From the NCBI GenBank assembly GCA_010015805.1, contig ML978125.1, positions 1,178,001 through 1,242,000 of the forward strand: a stretch of 64,000 nt of DNA. The letters are read 5' to 3'. The stretch comes from Rhizodiscina lignyota (taxonomy: Eukaryota). Shown here piece after piece: positions 30,608 to 43,997 of this stretch. Both the position numbers and the translations under genes were made by a program. Under the pieces are notes generated by a model. It searched no databases. It was not told where the DNA came from and saw only the letters and a list, made by a program, of their open reading frames with translations. Position 1 is the first letter of the stretch; each line of letters begins with the position of its first letter.

Positions 30608-31747
30608 CTAAAACTTGTATGCTTTAGCATGATCAAGTGACCATATCTTCGACTTCGTTTCTCTCTCCACCATCTCCGTAGCCGCCGTCGTGATCGTCCG
30701 CTTCGGCTCGAAAGGCATCTCATCATGCAGACACCACACCATCGTCTTCGGCTCGCCAATCCAGCGTACGATGTTCGTCCCACATTGTGCAGCGGATCCA
30801 TCAAACGGCCGTCCATTGATATTTCCACGACCCGCGATCCCCATGATCGCGATATCAGGCTGCGGCTGGATCTCCTTGAAGACGCCCTCATACCCGCCGA
30901 GCAGTGAGTTCCAGAACAGCGTCTTGTCGCCGAGCAGGAAGTTGAATGCGAGCTGGCCGCCGTCGAAATGCGAGTACTTGTTCTTGTCGGTGTCGCGCAG
31001 GAACTCTATGATCGGCTTCATGTTTGGAGGGACCTTGGCGAGATCCTCGGGGGACATCTTCTGCGCTCCGTCAACGAACATATGTTTCATGATCTTCGTG
31101 ATGTCCAGCGTGCATGCGTATGGTGAGCCAGCCCCATGGTACTCGGTCGCTGTGTCGATGAACTCGGGGTGCACGCCTGGTTCTCCGGGCATGAGACAAT
31201 GGAGACTTGGCCAGACGTGAACGGAGGCTGCAGCTTTCGAGACATCCGGTTCTGGCGGGCCAAACTTCCCCTGTTCGCTGCGCTTCGCTTCTTCGCGATC
31301 GGCTTTGGTGAAGAGGGGAATTCGCTCGCCGCCTGCGACGGGGACGAGCTGCTCCTCTGGGACTCCGGCGGCTTTCATGACATTGATGGCCTCGCCGTTC
31401 GAAATGACGATAGCACCGGTCCTCTTCGCCATACGATCAGATCCCGGAAGGCTAGAATAAATTAGCTGCCGAGCTTGAAATGCAAAGCCTCTTAAGACTC
31501 ACTGATCAAAATGCGCATGACTGATGAAGATGTAGTCGCACTCGGTTACGTCGTCAATTGATAGGAAGCTCGGGACTGAGGAAGGCCGTTCTAGCCAAGT
31601 GTCGAGGAAGATGATAATGCCATTGGTTTTCAATCGAAAAGTTGAGGCGCCTGTCTATTGTAAGATGGAGCTCATTTGAAGGAAGCTGTGACTTTGGTAC
31701 TCACCGAACCACTCAATGGTGGAAGTACCCTCATTGTTACCATTCAT
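30608..31747 (-). CDS. Metallo-beta-lactamase-fold hydrolase
   Basis: TIEWFG/ASTFRL..IFLDTWL..DYIFISHAHFDH/LPG (HxHxDH motif), PSLHCLM, WCLHD. Two 5' introns. Confidence 0.85.
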
Positions 31748-32809
31748 AATTGCACTTTTCCAAGATGACTTCAAGTAGATTGATTGATACTTGAATCAAA
31801 CTCAAACTGTTGAACATCTCCACTGCAGATCTCTGCGGACTCGTGGCCATTTTATTTTCTTTTGACATCGGGCCTCGCGCCTGCTTAAACCGACAATTGC
31901 TGCATACGGCAGTGTAATACTCGCCGACACAGGGCAGCATGTTACTCGGATTGCACATGACTGACTGAAGGCCGAATTCTTTCTTGGCCACAAACTGATT
32001 GGAGAGAGAGTTGGCAGCCCGAAGTATCCAGTTGGGATGATGAACCCTGTCAGATATGATGTCGAGTGGCGCCCCGTCTGTAGCACATCTGCCATATATA
32101 ACTACCGAAGTAGCTGGCAAGAGGCATCTCTCGTTTTCTGCTACTTAAGGCTCAGCTGGGGGGTCTTCTGTGTAATTTCAACAATATTCAGAATGTAGAA
32201 TGCATTGTGGTAGTGAAATCACCCCCGAACGTCAGTGCAGGATGAGCGGCCTGAGTGCGTAAGTCACTAAAAGCCCTTAGCGACTTGGAGTTCAACGCAG
32301 AAGGCTGGAGTCGTAAGTTAGATTTCTATCTCGTAAAGGCTTTGTTTACCTTACACAGCCCTATGTGCGAATGTCTGACTTGAACATCATGGGGGTGTTG
32401 ACTACGGCGTTGGGACCTAATCATTATGGGAATATTTGCCGTTCAAAAGTCACTCTTCGGAAGTCTATACAAGAAGGAGCAAATTCGAAAGAGAATAAAA
32501 CAAAACTGTGCTCTTCTGCCTCGGTCCCTTACCATCTCTCTCAGCCATTCAGCCTCGCACACTTCTCCATCGGGAACTTCCTCGCGTACCAAAGGACCTT
32601 AACATCCTGTATTGCCACCAATTTTCTTCTCCTTGCCGGTAGTTAGAGTTGTGATACTGATGTATTTAAGGTGCGCTTTGATGAGTTCATGAGGCTCACG
32701 GGCCTTTTTGCAGCTAAGCGTGAGAAGATTTCTATATACCGAATGAAATTTGTTGGACCTCTCGAGTCTCCAGGAACCCTTGCATCTTTCCAGCAAATTT
32801 ACTGCGTCC

Positions 32810-34838
32810 CTAGATTGAGCCGTTCATAGTTGTCGCGTCTGACACATTTCCATTTCCGTTCATGGCCTTCCCATAGATGGCTTTGATCGGGAACTTCCTT
32901 GTATAGGCACGCAACGGTGTACCTAGTAGCGCAGCCTTAATTTGAAGTGCAATGAACCGAGAGTAATATCTCATGATGCCTAGACTCCCACCATGAAGGT
33001 AGAGCGCCGGATCTGCGCATTGATATTAGCTCGCTCGAACGCTGAATAGAGTGGAAGCTTGGCTTACGTCCACAAGGCCGGTAACTGCCTCTCAATTCAC
33101 CCTCTTCATCAACGCCCCAGAAGTCATCGATTGCATCTGCAACTTCGGCACCAAGAAGCTCGCGTACAACTTTCCGCAGATTGCCTTCGAAACCCGTGGC
33201 GAAGACAACGACGTCGGCTGGAAGCACATCGTCGTTGTCGAACTGCAATCCTGACTCGGTAAATCGTGTCGCCAATGCATCTGATTTCATCTTGATCTGC
33301 TCAACAAAAGAGTTGTTAGTAGCGCGCACAGTGCTGGGGGACGGTTTGTATAAAATAAGTGCGTGGTACCAGGCCCTGTGAAATCATCGCACTTGCTCCC
33401 ACATCCAGATAATGCTTTCCAGAGCGTTCATAGAGATGATGGATGATATCGCCATATCTCTCTAGTTTGAATCCGGCTCGCTCGAGCGCGTCAAATCTCT
33501 CAGGCTCTTGCTCAGCCTGGGAATTTACTCCAACAAGGGCCATGAGCCTGGTTATGGGGAATGCTGTTGACAATGACAACATGTCGGCCAGTTCGGTCGA
33601 GAATGAGGGATTATATGTGCCTATGGAAGTCAGTATGCATTGATCAAGCTCGCTCAAACCGACTGCTGTGACAACTTACGCTCTTGTATGCGACTGTAGT
33701 ATTCGTATGGCATAACGTACGTTCTGGATCGTTGTACCATAGTGACAGAAGCAAGCCTAGCTTCGACCATATCTTTCGCAACGTCATGACCTGTATTGGC
33801 CGATCCAATGACTATCCCACGTTTTCCCTCCCACACTGACGCATCATAATAGTCAACCGAATGCATCATCGCCCCTTTGAAGCTCTCCATATTTGCAATG
33901 GATGGATATACGGGAATCTGGCACCCAGATCCAACAGCGAGGACAAGGTAAGAACATCGGATAGTGTCTCTATGGCCCTTTCGCTCGTATTCCAAAGTCC
34001 AGAGAGCGTCTTTCGCATCCCAAGAGCCCGACATGAGCTTTGTGCTCATCCACACGTTGACAGCGTATTTCGAAACCCAATCTTGATAGCCTCTAGCTAA
34101 TTCATCCTTTGTGAGAAGCTCCTGGTAGCGATCTTGGGGGTATGTTCGATCAAATGGTAAGTGGGAGTATTCTCTAATCGTGTGCAGTCTTGTAGACTTG
34201 TAACGAAGTTTCCAGGAGTCTCCAACCTCCTTATTCTTGTCAAATACGACACAAGACACTCCTAGTGCTTTCAACCGGCCAGCAACGCTTAGACCTGAAT
34301 GCCCGGCACCAATGACTACGCAGTCAAAATGGCCCGTCTCAAGGGAGCCCTCGGCTTGGTTGGATGCTGTATCTGGTTCAAGCATGTCGACATTGCCATG
34401 ACCCCCTTTCAATTGACCTAGTATTGTGCGGAGACTCCATATCTTCCAGATACCGTCTGGTCCAGGAGTCAGACAGATGATTCCATCGCAAGACGAGGCC
34501 GGAGTTGCCGTAATTTCGAATGTAAACATGCATTGCAACCATGAGGCACCTTTGGGAAGTCTGACAACCTGAGCTGAATCTGCGTTAATTTCAAATGCAC
34601 GTGCGGCCGCCAGTTTACAGGTTTCGTGCCATGCGGTTAATATCGAAGGAGCGGAGAAAAACGTGCGAGCTGTTCCGGTGAGCGCGAAGACGTCTCTCCA
34701 AGTAGCGTCCTCGGAGAAATCATCCTCAGACAGATTGTTTAAGCGTGGGCCAAATGAAGAAGCTGCTTGTTTGGCGTCTATACTTTGGTCGATTAGAGCT
34801 GTAGGAAGCGAGCATGGGAGACTCGCTAATCGAGACAT
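32810..34838 (-). CDS. Flavin-containing monooxygenase (class B, with N-terminal NTF2-like extension)
   Basis: VVIGAGHSG (FAD), GDSWKLRY, FMO motif FKGAMMHSVDY, VIGSANTGHD (NADPH), VVFATGF. Three introns. Confidence 0.88.
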
Positions 34839-35708
34839 AAGGCCTGGCCAAGGGAGAGAGGCCCAACGCTCAACGAGATAGGACTTTGGACGAATGAAAG
34901 TATGAAGAAGAATACTTGCAGAGACTTGATTCAGATCAGCCGATATAGACCACCAACTTCCGCGTTTATCGCACGGTTCAATCGATCTCTCGAGTTCATG
35001 CGAGGATCAACTCCGCACTTCGGCATTTAGAGGACGGTACACAACTCATCCATCTCCATTTGGGGGCAACCGGACAGTTTCATAGCTCTAATTGCTGTTG
35101 CAGAAGAGGAGATGCTTCGATTGCGTATGCAGAGCATAGCCATACTCTTTATCAAGTTGGTAAAGCAGAAGAGAACAAGCCCGAGTCAGGAGTCTATGTA
35201 CCGGTACCCACCCACATCGGCTCCACAGCTCGTATGAGTCTAACCACCTCACCGGGTTTATATCGGCGTTGACGCGACCTCCTGCGCCACCTGCGTCGCA
35301 CTGTCCTAACCGCTCACGGAATAATACGAGGTCCCAAAGCACACCCACAACATGGGCACTTCCAAGCTTTGAACCTTTCCAGCCCACTTGCACACAACGT
35401 GCGCCATGCTGCCACGGACGACGTTCACGGTGCTCCGTGGCAGTGGCATACGACAGGTCTTCTCTTCTCAAGCACCGCTACGATATACAACAGCCCTGCC
35501 AAGCAACTCCACGACGAGAGGCGCAATTAGTTCCGCGACATATTATTGGCTATGTCGCCAATGCTAACTTGTAGCTCAAGTGAAGAGGTAGAATAGTGAT
35601 GGTATAAGTATAAGTCTCATCGAGCTTCACATCAACAGCTTGCGAATTCGTTCATACAATCACTACTCTCTCAATCCGGTCCCATTCCATTTCCTTCCCT
35701 TCATCAAA

Positions 35709-37168
35709 ATGCGTTCTTCGCGAATCTGGGCCTTAGCGCTAAGCGCACCGTCCCTTGCAGCTTCACTTCCCTACTCCGGTTCAGAATCTCTCCGGCCGAC
35801 GATAAGATGGTCCAATTGCTCGGGCCTCAGTCTTCCTACCTTGAAGGGCCTTGATTGTGGAGAATTGTCCATGCCTATCGATTATGAAACCCCCCATGGC
35901 AATACAATCACATTGGTCATGGCACGCGTCAAGGCACGGGGGAGGAAGCTCGGAAGTTTGGTATACAATCCCGGAGGCCCTGGCCAGGCGGCCACCGAAT
36001 TCATTGTCGGAGCTGCATCGGGCGCTCAAGTCTACTCTTCGGAACTTCTTGAACATTACGACATCGTGGGTCTTGATCCTCGTGGAACTGGTTTTAGCCA
36101 TCCTGTTATGTGCGATCCAGACATTTGGAATGAGCGCGTTTCACTATTTCCAAAGACGACCACAGAGTTTCAGGAACTGGTCGAACACAACCGAGTGGTT
36201 GGGGACAGCTGTGCCAAATTGACGGGCCCACTGATCAATCACCTCGACACAATCCATGTCGTCAAAGACTTAGAGCTCGTTCGATAGGCACTCAACGATG
36301 GAAAGATCAACTTCCTTGGACAATCATATGGATCGTAGATCGGCTACACATACGCTGAATTGTATCCCGAGAATGTCAACCACATAGTTGGAGACGGCAT
36401 ACTTGATCATGGCCAATCTGAGGCAACGACGTTAAATGGAGAAGCTGAGGATGCTTACGAGCGGACCTTGGACCAGTTCTTTGAATGGTGCAAGTCTAAC
36501 TCCACTTGTTTCCAGCACAAGGAGAATCCGGCCGCGATCTTCGATGCTATCGTCAAGCAAGCAAATTCTAAGCCGATACCAGCTCCAGGATGCTCATCCA
36601 AAGGCGATGGCGCATGTCGTGTGGATGTCACTGGAGAAGAGATCCGATTTAATGCACAAGGTTTCCTTGGAGCTGTCGACGAGTCGCTTTTCTTTCCTGG
36701 CTGGCTGGCCCTGTCTGAAGCAATTGCACTGGCAGCGAAGGGCAACGCGACTTTGCTTTCCACACATCTTGCAACATCAAAGACCTCTACGCAGTTCCCA
36801 GGCATGGCGATCGGTTGTCAGGATTGGTCGCACAACTCCAAGTCCGTGTCGGATATCATCCTCAAGGATCCTATCTCTACCAGACGGCTTGTATCGGATG
36901 GCCAGCACCAAACACCAACCCGCAGGGTCCTGTGAGGAAGTCGGTCATGAAAGCCCCGAAGATGTTGTTGGTAAACTCACTTTACGATCCAGAGAATTCT
37001 TATGTCTGGGCGAACAGCGTCAGAAATCAGGTTCCGAACTCGGTACTACTCACACGGAACGGAGGTGGCCACACAAGTTACCAGCTATGGGGAAAGACGT
37101 CTGAGCTGATGGACAGATTTTTGATTACGGGAGAGCTGCCCAAAGATGGCACGATCGTCGACTCGTAA
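35709..37168 (+). pseudogene. Secreted TAP-like alpha/beta-hydrolase peptidase (S33 family), disrupted
   Basis: Signal peptide, LVYNPGGPG, LDPRGTG, nucleophile GQSYGS, YDP and GGGHTSY. In-frame TAG at 36285-36287 and 36336-36338, and a frameshift or deletion near 36865. Confidence 0.8.
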
Positions 37169-37473
37169 TCTGATCTCAACGATCGTGCCTTTGTTGCGTG
37201 GCGTTGGTTAGTGTCATGGATTGAGTTGCTTTACAATTATTTTCCAAATTGCAGTATGATTCACATTGAGCAGAGGAGTATTTGGCTTACACCAATGACG
37301 GCTTAAGTGCCTGTTGTTATCCGGAGATACCCTGCTGGTTGGCTCAACGGTGTTTCTGGATCTGACTGATTTCGTGTATGAATACAGGAGCAATGGGACT
37401 TGGAATCTGTCTATTAATATTGCTACTTGGTGATATATGTTACCTTGATTGCAATCGCAGCTTGTTGTGACAC

Positions 37474-38607
37474 TTAATTCTCCGCCGCCGCGCCTGGAAG
37501 TGTTACCTTATTCTCTAACCACGACAGATCCACAGCAGGAACCGAGCCTGCGATTGGCTTGAAGAACTCCAGTAAACGTTTCGATACCCAGTTAGGATTT
37601 TCATCCGCTGGGCTTACGTTAGTAAGGGTTCTTTCCAGGCATGGCTGCAAAGAAACTTACCAATCCAATGTCCGGCTTTTGGGACGACATCGTAAGTCAC
37701 CTTTGTTCCAACCGAACCCCAAATTTGCTGCATCAGAGACACTGGGGAGATACTGGCCTCACCACCTAACACGAGCATCGGCATTGCAAGCGGTTTGCTT
37801 CTTAGCGTCTGGTTGAAGAACTTGTTGTCCGCGGCGACCGTATATGTCGCGAACGGCCCCATCATCGCGCGCAGGAACCCAGGTTTGGAGATGCTGTTTG
37901 TATATCGGTTCAGAATGTCATCCGGAATCGCCTCGTTGCCGGAGTACGACGTGTGGAAGAAGTACCAGCTCAGCATCTGCTTCTCCCGGTCGCGGATGAA
38001 GTATTCCGCTGCGTCTGGTATGGCGAAGAAAGCAAGCTGCCAGTTTTGGTAGAGGTCCCAGGTTGGCTGCGGTACCCAGAACTGCTCGTAGCCGAAGCCC
38101 GGAAGGCCATACTCGGAGAATCCGACGGCGCGGACGAGGTTGCGATTTTGAGCGGAGAGGGCGGCGGCGAAACCAGCTCCTTTGTCGTGTGAGAATACTA
38201 GCGTCTGGTTGATGCGTAGAAAGTCCAGGACGCCTTTCAAGTCGGACGCAATAGCTTCAGATGTATACACATTGTTGGCAGGGATCGACGAGTCTCCCAT
38301 TCCTCTGTTGTCTGGTGCTATTACTGTATAGTGTTGCGCGAGGACTGGGCCCATTAGGCGCCAACTCAACTATGGTCGTGAGCTAATAGCCAGTGCAATA
38401 GAGACGAAGTGGAACGCTTACGCTATGTTCGGGATTGCCATGAATTAGTAGCAGTGGAGGGCCACTACCAGCATATCGAAAGTGAATGCTCACATCCTGG
38501 AGCTGAACGCGTCCGTGCGCCCAGTCATCAAAGGGGAGAAGCGAAGAAAGACAGCATTGAATATGGAACAGAGATAAAATTAGGAAATTCAGTTGAAAAT
38601 TCCTCAT
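37474..38607 (-). CDS. Secreted alpha/beta hydrolase (epoxide hydrolase/dehalogenase-like)
   Basis: Signal peptide, GSGPPLLLIHGNP, IAPDNRGMGDS, Asp nucleophile SHDKGAG, AGHWI/ADENP. Two introns. Confidence 0.85.
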
Positions 38608-39449
38608 AACGAAGATCTCTAGGAAACTGTCCCTGGAATCCAACTGTTTCATAAAGCGGATTGCTTCGCACTTTATACTTACCCATAAGTTTGACCCTGT
38701 TGCGTCTTCACGGCCTATCCAATCTCGTAATGATATGATTTGTTTGCTGACCCTCCATCTGGCCGCCTTAAGAATACTGACTAACATGATGAGACCTCGG
38801 GTTCGGATAGGGTCATGAAGACGACGTTGAAATAAAGTTAAAGAACGAGAAACAGTCCGCCCTTCGGTCACATCCTCATCGGTTGTACAAGGTCTCGACC
38901 ATTCCATAGGCTGCGCTTTCAAGACATTGATAGTCCCGACAGCTGCCGTGCCTGCTTGGCTTTGGGGATCATCATATTCTTGCCTTGGCAAGGAATTGAA
39001 AGAGACGAGCTCCGCGGAGACTTCTTGAAGTGACGCGAGTTAGCGCGACAAGGACGACGCAGGGGTTAGGCATGAAAGGTGTCGGTTCGATTTCAATTGG
39101 TCATCTCGGCCCATGGCAATACATAGCTCTGGGACTTGTCAGTAAGCTCGGAGAATTAGGTCTCGCGAGTAGCGGAATTATGTATATACTCAGCTAGTTC
39201 AGTCGAGATAATAGCGTGAATTTGGAGAGGGAAAGAAAGCTGTTCGGGGATGATCCGCAGCCTCGAGCTCGGAAATTCGATCCCATTCAGGGGTCGGACG
39301 AATTTAAGAGGCAGGGCAGGGCTACAGCGCATGTTCTACATAGCGCATCCTTCGAAACTCTCATATAAAGGAATCGAACATTTTCAGGTTCTTCAAATAC
39401 TGTTTGAGCACTAACTCGCGATATGGCTGTTATCAGTCAGTTGGTGACA

Positions 39450-39667
39450 TACAGGACGAGAGCGACTGCGAGCGAACAGTCTGCGGGGCTACGCTATTAA
39501 AGTTGCACCAGGCACTTCTAAGAGGCTTCTTTAAATCTGTGAGGGTTACACTTGAGGTCAGTAGGCAGTAGCTTCCATAGCCTGCCTTAAAAGATTTACT
39601 TCTTGTTGTCACAGAAAAGGGACGCCGTTACGGGCTCGCTCGTTCACTGAAAACCAGCTCTTTTGTA
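39450..39667 (+). mobile_element. MITE family A copy (left TIR decayed)
   Basis: Collinear with 10481-10679 (e.g. CAGAAAAGGGACGCCGTT...AAACCAGCTCTTTTGTA). Confidence 0.65.
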
Positions 39668-39762
39668 ACTCTCATGGTCCCTCCCTTCCCATCAGCGTTG
39701 CCTTAGTGCCGATTTTTCGTATGGCTAGGGAGCTATGGAGGATCAGTTCTCAAGGTTACCAA

Positions 39763-41956
39763 ATGGATCTGTAGTTTCCTTTTGTCCTCTTCACAGATTA
39801 CGCCGTAATGGAGCCGCAAACGCAAGGACTCTTATATACCCCAACCCTTGGATGACGTTGATTTCGAGTGTGTTCCCCTGAAGGGGTGGTTCAAAGCAGC
39901 GTATGAAATTTTACGGAAGCAGGGGTGAGTCCTCAGATCCATACGATAGCTCCGCGCTGAAATTCTAGAAGGGCGAGCCTGCCACTTGGCAGGATTTTGG
40001 TTTTATTCTCGATGAGCCAACCCCGGAAGCAGCAAACTTCGTGTTTCCAGAAAACACTGATGACGACGAAGGAGAAGACTCCTCTCACGTAATCGTGCCT
40101 AATCCCCCGTCGGCGACCACACGCACGGCACATTCAACAACCCACAGTACGACTCTGCCCTTCGCACATACGTCAAAAATGCCATCCAACTTGATCCCGA
40201 CTCCGTCGAAAGCCTCAGCCTTGCCCATGCTAGAGTTTTCGAGAATGAAGCAAATATGGCCGGATACATCTACCTCGGCACAGACGTTTGTCGCAGCATC
40301 TGGCGCAAAAGGGGCGCTACGGGCAATGGTACTTCCGAAGTGGTCTGGCAGATAGTGCCAACGGAGGAGTTATCCAATCTTCACCGAATTCGAGTTATTG
40401 GCTCGACCAACTTCACGGACCGCCCAGCCCAGCGATTCATTGCTTGCCTTCATGCACTGAATACGGTCTCCAGCACTGTTGAACGTATCGATTTTGAGAG
40501 GGTCGTCGGCATCAATCGAAAGCCTGTCTCAGAATCCCCGTGGAGAGAGACATTCCCACTGCTCCAGCACTTAGCCTTTTATCAGTGCCCGGACTTCGGC
40601 CTCGATGAATTCTTCGTTCTGGGAGTGGTTTCCAAAGTCAAAGAGCTGGAAGGTACTCATAACCGTTGACTATGACTTGCTCAACTTGTCCGCCGTCAAG
40701 ATGTGGTCTGGATATGCTTTCCAGAATGGTGCAATGTTCACCATGTTGTAACGGTTGTCAAGCTGGATTGTAGAACTGCCACAATTTCTGGAAAAGGATT
40801 GTGTCTTCTCCTGACATCTCTTACAAATCATGGATGAACCTCGACGACGGCATCCCGGGCCCAGCTCCACTCCTCTTTCCCGGCTGAATCTAATCACTCG
40901 GTAAGACTAGCACGAAGTACGAAGGAGCTAGTTTCTCGTGAGCGTCAGAGATCTGCAACGGGGTCCATTTCCGGCGATGACGAGAAGCAAATCTTCCAAG
41001 GCAGGCCTTGCAAGCTTCTCCCTGGCAAACCCGAATGTAAATCCACCAATACGCGGAAGCTTCTTAGAAGTGCAGTGTGCTGAAGGCAACTGTACAGTAG
41101 TGGCCACGTATATTGTTTGTTCGCTGGACACTAGCTCCTTCGTACACAAACTCTGATGATCAGAACTCTGCTAATGTATGTCGTGTTTCTAGATCAATAA
41201 TACTGGACTGGCTTCGCAAAAGGGATCAAGCGATCTGTGATCATGGCGCACTTTCAGGTCCAGGCCCCCCAGACGCCGCCATCGATGCCGACACTGCCTT
41301 TGGACGCTTGCTTAAGGACGTCGAAGCAAAGAATACAGGATTCGTGAAAGAATAGAAACCTGGCCTCATTCTATTGGTGTAATGGTCGTGAAGACACAAT
41401 CCTCGGATACGGTGTAGGCGGGAATACACGCCTCAACGTACAGTCTCGCGAAGGGCCCTCTCCCGTTTCAATGACCATCCCGGCTGCGAACTCCTCAGTG
41501 CCCGAGAGATTTGCCTAGCATGCAACAAATACACACTATGCCGAATGCCCTTTCACGGACAGGATGGTCCCTTGGGTAAACCAAAATGGTGGAGCAGTCT
41601 GGACCATGATTGATATACTGGGGATCTGCATTGAAACTGCCTTTAAAGAGGGGCATCTAACCCAGACTCCCTTCCGATGCCTCGATGCTTGTAAGGAGGA
41701 TCGCAATTTCGGTGCTTTTGTTGACTTCATCAGCGATCCATATGATCCTACACGGATCTGTTGTCTACCCGCAGATTTATCCTACAGTAGGAAGAGTGAC
41801 AAATATCTGCTTCGGCTTCTGGAAAGGGCGAGATACGATATGAGGCGGTGCCGAAGCGATGCGGAGGCTCAGTCAGCTACCTCCTTGAGACGGCACCGGT
41901 CAACTCCTGATACTATTCCGGTTCGCAATCGGCAATTTCTAATAATCACTCCCTGA
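39763..41956 (+). pseudogene. Probable degenerate hypothetical gene, interrupted by stops and a MITE
   Basis: Several protein-like fragments (WSRKRKDSYIPQPLDD..., ORFs 40256-40669, 41113-41355 and 41564-41956) with splice-like signals but multiple stops. No recognisable family. Confidence 0.3.
40918..41144 (-). mobile_element. MITE family A, best-preserved copy
   Basis: Perfect inverted ends TACGAAGGAGCTAGT (40918-40932) and ACTAGCTCCTTCGTA (41130-41144), with terminal TA. Interior is the reverse complement of 10481-10660. Confidence 0.8.
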
Positions 41957-42784
41957 GGTTCTTGATTTGCTGCAGTTGCGTTGTGGAGAACGGGAAGAGA
42001 GCATCTTCACGAGTTTGGACAATGCTCCAATTCGTATGCGTGATGGTGGTGTTGGTCAGATTCAAGCTTGTGGGGCTATTTCGGTGGAAAATTGGCCCTT
42101 GTGAAGCAATTCGGCTCGCAGTTTGTTGATCGATCGATAATCGCCGCCCATCGTGAGGCTCGGCTATGTCGTGCTTTCCTCAATCACGGCCTAGATAGGG
42201 CGGACGGGGCTGGATTCAAGTAGTTCTCTGCCCTAGCATGTCAAATTTAGGGCGCGCTACCAAAGTTAGTGCTTAAAAGGCAGCTGGTGCCTGAACATGT
42301 CGATTCCACGCCTGCTGCCATCTGTTCTCCGTGGAGCTGCAACGCGAGGTCGGCGATTAGTGACAAATGAGTCAGCAGGCACGTTTTGGCTCCGTGACGA
42401 AATATTCTTTCCAATGTGACCAATCACAGCGCGCCGCCCGGTGTACCTTTCCCTTCTTGAGTATGGGGTTAGACGAGCGCAACCATTGATGCCATCGACG
42501 AGGTGCTGCGACTCCAAACTTCACTCCTACAACAAACTAGGCCCCAATCTCGCAAATTGCCTCTCTCAGCCTCGACGCTTCAATTCCTGCCGCAATTGTT
42601 GCAACGTAGCTCGCCCTCGGAGCTCTTCGACTCACCGACTGTTGTCTATCACCGAGGTCGGCTCGAGCTATAGTCAAAACTAGGTTGGAACTGGGTTGCA
42701 ACTATTTCTACAAGTGCGAATACAAATAGGCTTGAAGCGCGTCCTGAAATGAAGAGACAAACCCGTCATTCTCCTTCACCCGAC

Positions 42785-43747
42785 ATGTCTTATGAAACTT
42801 CAACTGCACGCTGGGTCGCCGTGTCGACCCGCGACAAGGCGGCTGATGGCCTCTTCGTTTATGCTGTGAAAAGCACGGGAATATACTGCCGTCCAACCTG
42901 CGCCGCCCGCCTTGCTCGACGCGCCAATGTGGACTTCTACCGCACACCTGCTGAGGCCCAAGCTGCTGGATTCAGGCCTTGCAAAAGATGCAAGCCTGAA
43001 GCCATTGAAAGAGAAGATCCGCAAGAGGAGACGGTCAAGAGAGCATGCGATGTCATTGCGAGGGTTGCAAGAGAAGGAGGCGTGAAAGGGGAGAGCTCCA
43101 GGATGGGCGCTCAAGGCAGAGAAGGAAAGGGCCTGGGTCTGAAAGAGCTTGCCGAGCAGGTGGGCAAGACGCCAAGGTACCTGCACAAGATATTCAAAGA
43201 CAGGATGGGGGTCACGCCAAAGCAGTATGCGGAGCAGATGCGCGAGATGTACTATCCATCCACAACAAGCTCGGGCACGGCGGTTACGGCAGCAGGTTCA
43301 GGCGCGCTGACCGGAATCCCTACGGCCATGACCACGGGCATGGCCACGGGAATGACCAGCGGCATGGCCAGCGGCATAACCACCCCCTTCGATTTCGACA
43401 ATTTCGAGTTTGGCGTCGATCTGGAATTGAGTCCAGAGTTCGAATTGGAGTTGGCGCGGGAATTCGAGCGTAGCGGCTCAGACAGGATGAGTGATGGTGG
43501 TGGCATGAGTCCAGAAGGATCTTTGGGTCTACCACTAACGCCGGCCAATACACAGTTCGAGAACTTTCCGCCAATGCTTAACGGAGAGTCCCACGACAAG
43601 CCGACAGCGCACTTGACGCCGCAAGAATTAGAAGAATTCTCGATAACGCAGGATGTGGATGAGTTTCTGAGGCTTGTTAGGCCGTTGAAGGAGCTGGATT
43701 GGGTTGTCTTTGATGAGTTTGGAAATTTTGGAGTCCGCTCGATTTGA
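42785..43747 (+). CDS. Ada-like methylphosphotriester-DNA methyltransferase / AraC-type regulator
   Basis: Ada zinc domain FVYAVKSTGIYCRPTC...AGFRPCKRCKP plus HTH LKELAEQVGKTPRYLHKIFKDRMGVTPKQY. Confidence 0.9.
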   Translation: MSYETSTARWVAVSTRDKAADGLFVYAVKSTGIYCRPTCAARLARRANVDFYRTPAEAQAAGFRPCKRCKPEAIEREDPQEETVKRACDVIARVAREGGVKGESSRMGAQGREGKGLGLKELAEQVGKTPRYLHKIFKDRMGVTPKQYAEQMREMYYPSTTSSGTAVTAAGSGALTGIPTAMTTGMATGMTSGMASGITTPFDFDNFEFGVDLELSPEFELELAREFERSGSDRMSDGGGMSPEGSLGLPLTPANTQFENFPPMLNGESHDKPTAHLTPQELEEFSITQDVDEFLRLVRPLKELDWVVFDEFGNFGVRSI

Positions 43748-43997
43748 TGGTAGCAAGGGTGTTTGCGGTCTGGAGTTGTTCGTCTGATAGGATGTTGAAT
43801 TCAAGTCTTGTAGGCGTCTAAACCAGCCTCGTCTTGGTGTCTGTTCCCGTAGAAGCAAGTACATGATTTGTCGTACTATTCTTGATCTCCTCGTTACTTC
43901 AGTATCGCGTTTTCCCAATATGGACAGTAAAGTGCACCTAATCGTTCTCTCAATATTCATGACTCGTCAAAGAAATCGTTACCGAAGCATATTGCAT

